Part shown: positions 14,322 to 24,909 of the stretch, one piece after another | How positions within the stretch are numbered: the stretch's first letter is position 1 | Layout: every line of letters begins with the position of its first letter | Source of the DNA: Eledone cirrhosa | Taxonomy: Eukaryota | Assembly (NCBI GenBank): GCA_964016885.1 | Contig: OZ024740.1 | Coordinates: 1,364,001-1,428,000 of the forward strand | DNA length: 64,000 nucleotides | Reading direction: 5' to 3' | Translations under genes and position numbers: made by a program | Notes under the pieces: model-generated | What the model was told of the DNA's origin: nothing | The model's input: the letters and a program-made list of their open reading frames with translations, nothing else | The model's database searches: none

Positions 14322-15423
14322 ATCATCATCATCATCACTCGTCGACTACTGTCGAGATGATGGATCTCACTCTCATGCTCCAGAATCCCCTGTCCCCCAT
14401 TGCTGCCCCCAGGTCCTGTCTACTGACTCCTGTATCCCTAGAGATAACGTCAGGGAATGACAGCTTCCTACTCCCAGTCAGGCTGGAGTCAGGGTTCCAG
14501 AGCAAGAGAGCGGATATGATTTCATTGCTGGCACGGTGACAGTGGCCAGCAAATTGAGCTCTCCGGGATTTTAGAAGGGCAGAGGCTCGAGGGAGTTTGC
14601 CATAGATTTTAGACAAGGTGGGATGTCGTTTCCAGGATAGGTTTTGCACTCTCATTAAGAGGCGGGTATATGTGCCATCCAATCTCCTCTCAAGTTGTGA
14701 TGTTAGTGTCCAAGTTTCGGATCCATAAAGTAATATGGGCTTTTAATGGTTGCTTGGAATATTTCCAGTTTTAGCTTGTTGGTAAGTTGAGATGTCCATA
14801 TGGCGTGCATGTCATTGCACGCTGACCATGCCATACCCTTCCTGGTTAGAAAATCTTTTTTGGAAGAGGAGATATATGAGCCAAGATACTTGTAATCTTC
14901 CACCTGCTTAAGGGTGGTACCATTAAGGGTTCTGATGGGGTAGTTTGGGCTGTTTGCACATCTGTTCACATACTCAGTCTTGGATTCGTTGAGGTACAGT
15001 TCAACACAGTTGGACGCTTGCTCTAATGACTTCAAAAGACTCTTAGCATTTTCCAGTGACCGACTGATCAATGCGATGTCGTCAGCAAAGTCGGTGTCGG
15101 TCTAGTATTTTGCTGGGTAGCGTGAGCTTCTCCTAGGCTGTAGTTGGTATCCCCTATCCTGAATCCCATCCACATACATGTGCAAAACATAATCCACAAC
15201 AATGATAAATAGATACGGAGCAAGGATATCGCCCTGTAAAATTCCAGCGAGGATTGAGAAAGGTGGTGTTTCCCCATCTGGGGTCAGGACAGTTGATTTG
15301 GTATCTGTATACATTACATGTATGGCCGCGATGATTTTATCAGGAATCCCATAGAGTTGTAGAATTTCAAACATCCCCGACCTGTCAACTGAGTCGAAGG
15401 CTTTTGAAAAATCAACAAAGATT
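14322..15423 (-). mobile_element. 5'-truncated, frameshifted RTE-type LINE of a second family (RT C-terminal half)
   Basis: IFVDFSKAFDSVDR, GILQGDILAPYLFIIVVDYVL, DFADDIA, YKYLGSYI, AWSACN, FAGHCHR across ORFs 15102-15374, 14703-15071 and 14335-14682; (TGA)n tail near 14322; (TA)n on both sides. Confidence 0.88.
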
Positions 15424-15448
15424 TATATATATATATATATATGATGAT

Positions 15449-18400
15449 GATCATCATCATCATCGTTTAACGTCCATCTTCCATGCTTGCATGGGTTTGG
15501 ACGGGAGTTTTCCCACTTGAGGCAAGAGTGGTTGTCTTGCTCGTATAGGAGTGTCTGGCGGGTTTTCTACAGCTGGATGCCCTTCCTAACACCAACGACG
15601 TTTACAGTGTGGACTGGGAGGTTTTTACCGTGTTACCTACACGGCCACATTACAGCATGGACTGTGTGTATTTTTGTCGTGACACCTACACGACCTCATT
15701 TGTTTCGGACTGGATGTTGTGGTACCAACATAACTTTCCATTGAAAGGGATGGGGTAGTGGGACGGGGGTGTATTTTGTTAGAGGTGCCTACTGACTGTA
15801 GTAGGTTTCACTTTGTACTTAGGTAAGGCGGGTCTTCTGTATTACTGTGTAGCGCCAAAGATCTCGGTCCAGGGACATTGTCTTGGAGAGGTGTAAGTGT
15901 GTGAGGTCGGAATTTATCAAGTCATCCCAGGTTTTTCTGGGTCTGCCTACTCCGTGGCTACCGTCTATTTTTATTGCCCTGCACTTTTTTATACAGCTGT
16001 CGTCTTTCATGCACATCACGTGACCATACCAACGTAGTCTTCTCTCGAGTAAACAACATCTGATCCCTCTTATTTCTTATTTTTCCCTTAGTTTGTTTAT
16101 GCTTTGCCGTTCACGTATATTACTATTACACATCCAGCGGAGCATGCAAGCTTCGTTCCTCTCCAGTCTGCATATATCCTCTGCAGACAATGCCCAAGTC
16201 TCACTGCCATGTAACATTGCTGTTCATATGCAGGCATCATACTGCCTGCCTTTCATTTTTAGAGAGAACCCTTTAGCGGCTAATAGTGGTATAAGCTCTC
16301 TGAACTTTTTCCATCCATTTCTGACTCTAGCTACTGTACTTTCAGAGCACCCTCCCCCACTGCTGATTTTGTCACCCAAGTAACGGAAGGTGTCCACTAT
16401 TTCTATAGAACCATCTGTGCAATGGAATGAGCTAGTATTTTGTGGGCACTTGCTGCTACTTATTGCACCAGAGCACCGGTCACATATAAAATCTATGCTC
16501 TTAGCTAGCTTACCTGTGATCCCACTACATCTTTTATGCACCCATACTTTGCATTTGGGACATAAAATGGAGTTTCTACCTACTCCTTTCCTACACACTG
16601 AGCATGGCCATTTCCCGGATGGGACCGGTGCCCTATTTTCCTTCCTACAAACTAGAACTTTAGTCTTAGACAGGTTAATTTTAAGGCCTTTTGATTCTAG
16701 GCCATGCTTCCATGTTTGGAATTTCTGCTCTAGTTCGGCCATTGATTCAGCTATGAGTGTTAGATCATCTGCGTATAGGAGTTCCCATGGGCAGCCAGTC
16801 TTGAACTCTACTGTTATAGCCTGAAGGGAAATAATAAATAGTAGGGGGCTAAGAACAGAGCCCTGATGAACACCAACTTTTACGCTAAACTCTTCACTAT
16901 ATTCGTTGTTAATTCTAACCTTGCTGACTGTTTCTTTATACATGGCTTGTATAGCTCTCACAAGCCATTCATCAACACCTAGTTTTCTAAGAGCCCACCA
17001 GATAATGGAACGGGGGACTCTGTCGAAGGCTTTCTCCAAGTCGACAAAAACTAAGTAGAGGGGTTTACTTTTAGCTAGGTACTTCTCCTGTAGTTGTCGT
17101 ACAATTAAATGAGCGTCTGTGGTACTTTTACCTGACACAAACCCGAACTGCATTTCATCTAGATCAATTCTCTCTCTGATTAGTTGCGCTATTACTTTTT
17201 ATGTGACCTTCATGACATGGTCGATTAATTTAATGCCTCTATAGTTACTCCTATCTTGGGCATCTCCTTTACCCTTGTAGCAGTTAATGATGATGCTGCT
17301 ACGCCAGTCCTTCGGAACAACCCCATTCTGTATGACTTGGTTTACTATCCGGGTGACTATGGTGTGTCCCACCGTTCCAGACACTTTCAGCATTTCAGCA
17401 ACTATTTCCGAAGGTCCAGCCGCCTTACCCGTCTTCATATCTTTGATTGCCTTACTTATTATACTACCTTCGACTAACACTGCTGGTCCTTCTGTTGGAT
17501 CGATGTGGGGGAGACTGTCTTTCTCCCATTTATTCTCCTCATTTAGTAGCCTTTTGTAGTGACACTTCCAAGCTACCTTCTTATCAGCGTCAGTGATGGC
17601 AAGTACACCATCATCATTAAGGACACACTTCTCCCTGACAATATCACGGTTTTCCTTGACACATTGCCTAGCAATCCTGAACACCTCACAATTTTGGTCC
17701 TCGCGTTGTAGAACATGCTTGAACTTTCTTTCCTCTGCTTCCCTTCTTGCGAAGTACACTTGCCTCCTAGCTTCCCTCCAGGCCACTTGATAGTCTTCTC
17801 TACTTCCCCCATCCCGCTATACTTTCCAAGCCTGCTTTTTGGCCTTAATTGACTCCTCCACCTTACTGTTCCACCACCGCGTTACTCTCCTCCTGCCTAT
17901 AGGTCTGCTCCAGCTACAGATTTCGTCTGCCGCCATCAGCAGGTTTGCTTTCAGGAATTCCCACTGTTCCTCTATACTGTACGACTCTAAATGCTCTTCC
18001 TTACTGTCGAAAGTATCAAGTAATATGCTTTTAAATTTATTACTGGCTGTGGGGGTCCTTTAGCTTCCATATTTTTCTCCTGAGGATAGTCCTCTTCTGT
18101 TGTCGAGTACATATCGTCCTATGAGGTCGCTTATTATCAGTCTATGTTGGGAGGTGCATTCTTCATGGGGGAGGGATTTAGTGTTTACAACAGACACTTA
18201 TTCACGTCTTCTGGTAAGGATATAATCTACCTGGCTTGTGTGTTCCCCTGATCTGTAGGTGATCAAGTGATTGTCTCATTTTTTGAAGTTAGTGTTACAG
18301 ATAGTTAGGTTATTTGCGTCACAGTATTCCAGGATTCTGGAGCCTTCTTCATTTCTAGTACCAAACCCATAGCCTCCGTGGATTCCATCATAGCCGTCAC

Positions 18401-19100
18401 AATGTTGTCCAACGTGACCATTTAGGTCACCAGCAATAATTATATAGTCACTGTCGGTTATTTGGGAGGTAGTGAGCATCGGTGTCTCATAGAATCTGTC
18501 TTTTATAGCGCCAGGCAGTCCGGATTGGGGTGCGTACGCAGATATTACTGTCACAGTAGTTCTATTTAGAACAAGTCTTATTTTAATTATTCTATCATTC
18601 ACTCTATTTACATCTATTATCTTATCCACCCATTTTTCTGCTAACATGATTCCTACCCCACCCAGCCCATTGTCATTTCCCACCCAGAAAAGCTTATAGC
18701 ATCGTTTTTTACCCACAATGAATCTAGCAGATCCGCCCCTCCACCTGGTCTCTTGGATACAGCAAACATCAACCTCCTTACGTTCAAGCATTTCTACAAC
18801 CTCGTTAGAGCGGCCTTTTAAGGTGCCTACATTCATGATACCAACTCTGAAGTTTTGGATTGCGTTTGGTGTGTGGGGCGCAAGGATGGGTGAGGGGGAT
18901 GGGGTTGGGGTATTTTGGCCATCTGCGGCCGAAACAAAGAGGAGGCGTCCTTGCCCTTTCGTCCGGCAGCATGAGGTGAATTTGTCGTTATCGTTGGCAT
19001 TATCTCCGAGTGTCCAGATTCTTCAGACTCTCCAGAAATTCCTTAGTCCATCCATCATATCGAAAAGCAACCAGGAGAAATGATAGCATAGGCCATTGAC
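15449..19100 (-). mobile_element. Near full-length but frameshifted RTE LINE (APE + RT + PHD finger)
   Basis: ORF pieces 18276-18836 (MNVG, QETRW, SAYAP, GDLN), 17199-17786, 16224-17153 (QFGF, DLEKAFD, GVHQGSVLSP, YADD, FRYLG) and 15819-16019 are colinear with the intact + copy; same 3' UTR and (TGA)n tail. The 5' boundary is approximate. Confidence 0.93.
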
Positions 19101-19156
19101 TTGTGATTGGTTCAAATAATAATGGGGGCGGGTGGGAGGGGTATGGGGTAGTTAGC

Positions 19157-19634
19157 GAGGAGAAGATTATTTAGAACAGTCAGACAGAATTATAGAATAG
19201 CATTAAGAAGTAGGATTTTGGATTCTGGGCGATTATACAGATATATGGATGAATGAACCGAAGGGTGGGGAGACAAGAAGAAAATGGTATTTTTACTTTA
19301 CATTTCGTAGAAGTGGACTGACCATTAATAAGAGTTGACAAATTCTGAGATTCGTACCCTGTAACAGGTTTATTTATATTTGGTGCTAGTAGGGAGTGAT
19401 CGAGAGAGAGAGAGAGGGACCAACAGGCACGTATATGATAGAGAGAGGGGGGGTGATAGCGATTTAGAGGACCGAGAGAAGCCATTTTTATGAATCCTGG
19501 AAAATTTTTGGCCAAAATGGTAGTGAGCGAGAAGGTTTTAAATAGAGCAATAAACAGGGAGGAGAAGATTATTTAGAACAGTCAGACAGAATTATAGAAT
19601 AGCATTAAGAAGTAGGATTTGGATTCTGGGCGAT

Positions 19635-19638
<4 letters not shown>
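19157..19638. repeat. About 80-bp direct repeat pair (19157-19237, 19559-19638) enclosing about 320 bp of unique sequence
   Basis: GAGGAGAAGATTATTTAGAACAGTCAGACAG...TGGATTCTGGGCGATTATA occurs twice, differing by one T. Confidence 0.9.
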
Positions 19639-19662
<24 letters not shown>

Positions 19663-19668
<6 letters not shown>

Positions 19669-22600
19669 CCACCGTTATGGATGGATGAGCTGGGAATACA
19701 CGAGCAACTCTGAATCAATAGATGAAATATGAATCTGCGAGCTACCAAGCACCCACGTGAAGCGCCAACCCAGAGACCCTCCCCTACGAGTGTCGACAAA
19801 TGCCCAAAACTCCGAGTTGGTACCATCAATGTAGGCTCAATGAAAGGAAGAGCAGGAGAAATCGTAGAAATGCTAGAGCGAAAGGAAGTTGATGTATGCT
19901 GTGTGCAAGAGACTAGATGGAGAGGAGGGTCTGCTAGAGTCCTTGTAGGAAAAAGCCAGTGCTACAAATTCTTCTGGGTGGGAAATGACGATGGGATGGG
20001 TGGTGTAGGTATACTATTAGCTGACAAGTGGGTAGATAAAGTAATCTCAGTGTACAGGGTAAATGCAAGAATCATTAAACTCAGACTAGTCCTGAATAAG
20101 ACAATTACCACAATAATATCAGCTTACGCACCCCAATCGGGGCTGCCAGACGAACTTAAGGATAGGTTTTACGAGTCCCTAATACACACTACTGCTCTAA
20201 CAGACGACAAGGACTTCCTAATCATTGCAGGAGATTTTAACGGACACGTAGGTAAACACTGCGACGGCTTCAATAGAGTACATGGAGGCCATGGAGTTGG
20301 CACAAGGAATGAGGAAGGATTCAGACTTCTAGAATTCTGCGACGCCAATGACATGTCGATATGTAACACAAACTTTAAAAAACCCGACAACCACCTGATC
20401 ACCTATAGATCAGGGGAGCACTCTAGTCAGTTAGATTTTATCCTCATCAGAGGACGTGACAGATGGACGGTCGTAAACACAAAAGCCTTCCCTAGTGAGG
20501 AATGTACATCCCAACATAGCTTAGTTGTCAGCGACCTCACGGTCAGAACTAGACGAGCCCTGAAACAGAGGCCAACCTGGAGAAGAAAGATCTGGAAGCT
20601 GAAAGTCCCCTCAACCAGTAACAGATTTAAAGATATTTTACTCAACGCCTACGACAGTAAAGAAGAACAGATAGAGACATTTAACGTAGAAGAGAACTGG
20701 GAGTTCCTAAAAAATAACTTACTAGAGGCGACGGATGAGGTTTGTGGCTGGAGTAAGACCTCAAGCAGGAGGAGAGTGACTTGGTGGTGGAACAATAAGG
20801 TAGATGAAGCAGTCAAGGCCAAGAGACAGGCATGGAAAGAATGGAAGAACGGGAGGAGCAGGGTACATTACATAGAGACCAAGAGGGAAGCTAGGCGACA
20901 AGTATACTTAGCTAGGAGGGAAGCAGAGGATAGAAAATTCAAGCATGTTTTACAACGTGAGGACCAGAAACAGGAGGTATTCAAGATTGCGAGGCAGTGT
21001 GTCAGAGATAGTTGTGATGTCATTGGAGAGAAGTGTATCCGGAATGATAAAGGTGAGCTTGCCCTCACAAGTGCTGAGAAGAAAGATGCATGGAAGAGTC
21101 ATTATGATAGATTACTAAATGAGGAGAATGCATGGGAAGAAGAGACCCTACCCCACGTAGACCCTATAGAGGGACCAGCAGTACAAGTCAGCGGCAGCGT
21201 AGTAAGTAAGGCAATCAGAGATATGAAGATAGGGAAGGCAACCGGTCCATCGGGTATAGCTGCCGAGATGCTGAAGGCATCTGGGTCTGTAGGTCACACT
21301 ATAACCACACGTATCGTTAACCAGGTAATACTAGAGGGGGCCATACCAAAAGATTGGTGCAGTAGCATCATTGTCAACTGCTACAAAGGTAAAGGCGATG
21401 CACTAGATAGAGGAAACTATAGAGGTATAAAGTTGATGGACCAGGTCATGAAAGTAACAGAAAGAGTTATAGCACAGCTGATTAGGGACCGGGTGAATAT
21501 AGACGAGATGCAATTTGGGTTTGTACCAGGGAAAGGCACCACTGATGCCCTCTTCCTTGTGAGGCAATTACAGGAAAAGTACCTAGCTAAAAGTAAGCCA
21601 CTCTACTTGGCATTTGTCGACCTTGAGAAAGCCTTTGACAGAGTTCCACGTGCAGTAATCTGGTGGGCTCTTAGAAAACTAGGAGTAGATGAATGGCTTG
21701 TGAAAGCGGTACAAGCCATGTATAGGGGAGCAGTCAGCAAAGTTAGGATTGGCAATGAGTATAGCGAGGAATTTAGCGTACAGGTTGGGGTCCACCAGGG
21801 CTCTGTTCTTAGCCCTCTCCTGTTCATCATAGTCCTGCAGGCAATAACGGAGGAGTTTAAGACCGGATGCCCATGGGAACTCCTGTATGCTGATGACCTC
21901 GCACTCATAGCTGAATCTATGGTAGAACTAGAGAATAAATTCCAAACCTGGAAGCAGGGACTAGAGAGAAAGGGCCTCAAAGTCAACATGACAAAGACTA
22001 AGGTCCTTATAAGTAGACGAGAAAACAGAACCCAGATCCCCTCAGGGAAATGGCCTTGCTCAGTATGTAGGAAAGGTGTAGGTAGGAACTCCATTCTCTT
22101 CCCCAAATGCAAACAATGGGTACACAAGAGATGTAGCGGGATCTCAGGAAGCTTAATTAAGAATGTAGGATTCACATGCAGCAGCTGTGCTGAAACAGCA
22201 AGCAAACAGCCACAGGAAACAAGTACCACCAATCTCTGGGAGGGCCCTGTAGAAACAGTAGACAGCTTCTGCTACCTAGGTGACCGAATTAGCAACGGAG
22301 GTGGGTGCTCAGAAAGTACAATAACTAGGGTAAGAACGGGATGGAAGAAGTTTAGGGAACTACTACCACTGCTAGCTGCAAAAGGCTTCTCCCTCAGAAT
22401 GAAAGGCAGACTGTATGATGCGTGTATCCGAACAGCAATGTTGCATGGTAGTGAGACCTGGGCGCTGAAGGTGGGAGACTTACGTAGATTAGAGAGAAAC
22501 GAAGCCTGCATGCTCCGATGGATGTGTAACAGTAATATACGTGAACGACAAAGCATAAAGGAATTGAGAGAGAGACTGAGCATAAGAGGAATCAAATGCT

Positions 22601-23146
22601 GCGTGCAGGAGAGGCGGTTACGCTGGTATGGACATGTGATGCGTATGAAGGATGACAGCTGCATAAAAAGGTGCAGAGCACTAGAAGTTGATGGAAACCG
22701 CGGAGTGGGGAGACCCAAGATGACTTGGGATGAGGTGATAAAAGCCGACCTTACCCAACTACACCTCTCAAAGTCAATGACACACGACCGTGACTTCTGG
22801 CGTCACGCAGTAATACAGGGTACCCGACCTCCCATGGGTACATGCTGAAGCATATAAACAATATGCCCCCCCCCCCACCGCAAGGTGGTCGCGGAGGTGC
22901 CACGGCAAAAAGCACCCAGCCCACACTGTAAAGTGGACGTGTAGGCGCCACGAAAAAGCACCCAGCACTCACTGTAAATGAGGTTGGTGTTAGGAAGGGC
23001 ATCCAGCTGTAGAAATCAAGCCAGATCAGTTCCTGTATGAGCAAGGCATGGTCAGCCGACCAGACACTGCCCACAACAGGACAACCCGTCTAACCCATGC
23101 TAGCGTGGAAGAACGGACGTAAAACGGTGATGATGATGATGATGAT
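19663..23146 (+). mobile_element. Apparently intact RTE-clade LINE inserted in a (TA)n tract
   Basis: Single long ORF, about 300-nt 3' UTR with an internal AAAAGCACCCAGC..CACTGTAAA duplication, (TGA)n tail; (TA)n on both flanks. Confidence 0.92.
19729..22848 (+). CDS. RTE ORF: apurinic-like endonuclease, reverse transcriptase and embedded PHD-type zinc finger, 1039 aa
   Basis: APE motifs TINVG, VQETRW, SAYAP, GDFNGH, LDFIL, SQH; RT motifs NYRGIKL, QFGF, FVDLEKAFD, GVHQGSVLSP, LYADD, GLKVN..KTK, FCYLG; RTE C-terminus RLRWYGHVMR...GRPK.TW. Confidence 0.96.
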   Translation: MNLRATKHPREAPTQRPSPTSVDKCPKLRVGTINVGSMKGRAGEIVEMLERKEVDVCCVQETRWRGGSARVLVGKSQCYKFFWVGNDDGMGGVGILLADKWVDKVISVYRVNARIIKLRLVLNKTITTIISAYAPQSGLPDELKDRFYESLIHTTALTDDKDFLIIAGDFNGHVGKHCDGFNRVHGGHGVGTRNEEGFRLLEFCDANDMSICNTNFKKPDNHLITYRSGEHSSQLDFILIRGRDRWTVVNTKAFPSEECTSQHSLVVSDLTVRTRRALKQRPTWRRKIWKLKVPSTSNRFKDILLNAYDSKEEQIETFNVEENWEFLKNNLLEATDEVCGWSKTSSRRRVTWWWNNKVDEAVKAKRQAWKEWKNGRSRVHYIETKREARRQVYLARREAEDRKFKHVLQREDQKQEVFKIARQCVRDSCDVIGEKCIRNDKGELALTSAEKKDAWKSHYDRLLNEENAWEEETLPHVDPIEGPAVQVSGSVVSKAIRDMKIGKATGPSGIAAEMLKASGSVGHTITTRIVNQVILEGAIPKDWCSSIIVNCYKGKGDALDRGNYRGIKLMDQVMKVTERVIAQLIRDRVNIDEMQFGFVPGKGTTDALFLVRQLQEKYLAKSKPLYLAFVDLEKAFDRVPRAVIWWALRKLGVDEWLVKAVQAMYRGAVSKVRIGNEYSEEFSVQVGVHQGSVLSPLLFIIVLQAITEEFKTGCPWELLYADDLALIAESMVELENKFQTWKQGLERKGLKVNMTKTKVLISRRENRTQIPSGKWPCSVCRKGVGRNSILFPKCKQWVHKRCSGISGSLIKNVGFTCSSCAETASKQPQETSTTNLWEGPVETVDSFCYLGDRISNGGGCSESTITRVRTGWKKFRELLPLLAAKGFSLRMKGRLYDACIRTAMLHGSETWALKVGDLRRLERNEACMLRWMCNSNIRERQSIKELRERLSIRGIKCCVQERRLRWYGHVMRMKDDSCIKRCRALEVDGNRGVGRPKMTWDEVIKADLTQLHLSKSMTHDRDFWRHAVIQGTRPPMGTC

Positions 23147-23249
23147 ATATATATACATTAGTTAATTTGTAATTTATATAAATCCTTAATTTTGATGTTA
23201 TTTTCGTTTTTTTATCTTGCCTTCTATTCTACCTTGTCTACTCTTCTAG

Positions 23250-23335
23250 GTACACGAAGATCAAATAGAGGATGGTCACCATTACATCTTTCTGCTTACT
23301 TTGGACATACAGACGTTGTCAAGTTACTCTTAGAG
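23250..23335 (+). CDS. OSBPL1A: OSBPL1A-like coding exon 2 (ankyrin repeat)
   Basis: Acceptor CTTCTAG|, 86 nt, phase 1 to 0: (G)TRRSNRGWSPLHLSAYFGHTDVVKLLLE, donor GAG|GTAAAC. Phase matches exon 1; ankyrin motif GWSPLH. Confidence 0.9.
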
Positions 23336-23731
23336 GTAAACAGTCCTCTCCCTTTCCTCCTCACTTGTTTTTCATTTTATTTCATTTTTTTATTATTACT
23401 TATTACTTACTGTTGTTTAGCCCCAGGTCAACTCTGTTCAATATATTCCACGTGGAGGTACAGTCTATCCAGTCGGAAATAGATTCCATAGGGAATAAAT
23501 ACATTACTACCTTGTGGTGTTTGTTCTGGATCTCGATAATCTGAGTTTGAATGTCTCCAAGGACAATTTTGCATTTCATCCTTTTGAGGTTGCCCTGGGT
23601 GGTGGATTGGAATGATTGTAACTTACTTGGGTAATAAACTTAATCTGTCACCTCTTTTAATATGACAACATCACCCTTGGGTGCCAGAAGTCCACTCTGT
23701 TAGGAGCATTCAGGCCAGGTCCCTGGTTTAA

Positions 23732-23960
23732 CCCTTTATCATTTATATTACTCTGTATATTTACTATTGTATTTTCTCAGTAAAGTCTTTACTTCACATA
23801 ATTATCGTATCTATGAGATTTTGATATTATTTATTTTGAGAACAATATCTTAACATCAGTATGAGTGGCCGGTTATGGCTGGTTATGGCTGATTATGGCT
23901 GGTTTGAACAGAAAAAGGTGAGAGAATTCTGGCCAGATACGGTCATTTTAGATTCTAAAG
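23732..23960. mobile_element. Possible degenerate TTAA-flanked MITE
   Basis: TTAA|CCCTTTATCATTT ... TTTAGATTCTAAAG|TTAA gives decayed terminal inverted repeats with a TTAA duplication; internal (GGTTATGGCT)x3. Confidence 0.35.
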
Positions 23961-24122
23961 TTAAGGATATTCTTCCCTCTCTGACCAAACAATTAAGAAT
24001 GAAATAAAAATAATATTAATGACCCTGCAGAAATAAAATATAAATCAAATGTCTTCTGTCCAAGAAATTAATATTTCTTCCATTTCTAAATTATTCTCCT
24101 TTTATATCTGTAAATATTTCAG

Positions 24123-24197
24123 GCTGGTGCAAACTTTGATATCCAGAATGACATGGGAGACACTCCATTACACCGAGCTGCCTACACTGCAAGAGAG
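24123..24197 (+). CDS. OSBPL1A: OSBPL1A-like coding exon 3 (ankyrin repeat)
   Basis: Acceptor TTTCAG|, 75 nt, phase 0-0: AGANFDIQNDMGDTPLHRAAYTARE, donor GAG|GTATAT. NDMGDTPLHRAA matches ORP1L as recalled. This reading frame is not in the ORF track. Confidence 0.9.
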
Positions 24198-24286
24198 GTA
24201 TATTCCACTATTATATCTATCTATATATATATAACACAAACGGCCTACCACATACGGACGCTTTAAACATCCCACACCAAATATAT

Positions 24287-24465
24287 ATCATCATCATCAT
24301 CATTTCATTTTATGTCCACTTTTCCCTGCTTGCAAGGGTGGGACGGGAACTGATTCTGGCTTGAATTCTACAGCTGGATGCCCTTCCTAACACCAACCTC
24401 ATTTACAGTGAGTGCTGGGTGCTTTTTTTGCCGTGGCACCTCCACGACCACTTTGCAGTGGAATG
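24287..24465 (-). mobile_element. Short RTE 3'-end copy
   Basis: (TA)n(TCA)n followed by GCTGGATGCCCTTCCTAACACCAACCTCATTTACAGTGAGTGCTGGGTGCTTTT, the reverse complement of about 22955-23010. Confidence 0.8.
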
Positions 24466-24494
24466 ATAGGGACCCCAGTCCCTATCATCTCATT

Positions 24495-24628
24495 TCTACA
24501 GCTGAGCAAACTGGAGCAATGTGAAATAAAGTGTCTTGCTTAAGGAAACAACACATCACCCAGTCTGAGAATTGAACTCACAACCTTTCGATTGCAAGGC
24601 CAATGCTCTAACCACTAAGCCATGTGCC
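24495..24628 (-). mobile_element. tRNA-derived SINE of a second family
   Basis: Minus strand GGCACATGGCTTAGTGGTTAGAGC (box A)...GAGTTCAATTCTC (box B)...TCCTTAAGCAAGACACTTTATTTCAC, a typical SINE central domain. It has no tRNA acceptor-stem 3' half. Confidence 0.75.
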
Positions 24629-24629
24629 A

Positions 24630-24820
<191 letters not shown>

Positions 24821-24838
24821 GGTTAAAGGAGTTCCATA

Positions 24839-24909
24839 TATTTTATTATGCGCATTTCAAAAACAAACATCATCAAGCAATAATATTTGTGTTTTCATCA
24901 GATAAAACA
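24839..24909 (-). ncRNA. Mirror copy of the type I hammerhead in the left palindrome arm
   Basis: Reverse complement of 27185-27255. Confidence 0.8.

Noticed and set aside
19180-19515. 111-aa minus-strand ORF between the RTEs as an ORF1 or accessory gene
   Set aside because: No recognisable motif; it includes a (CT)n-derived SLSLSL run and overlaps the direct repeat.
16093-22718. Antisense ORFs overlapping both RTE copies (e.g. 21603-22232, 22272-22718, 16390-16824)
   Set aside because: Shadow frames of the RT coding strand; their similarity between copies follows from sense-strand conservation and they show no recognisable domain.
24495-24628. Possible tRNA genes at box A/box B motifs (also 12690-12815, 29525-29677)
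   Set aside because: No complete cloverleaf; each continues into a repeated SINE body.
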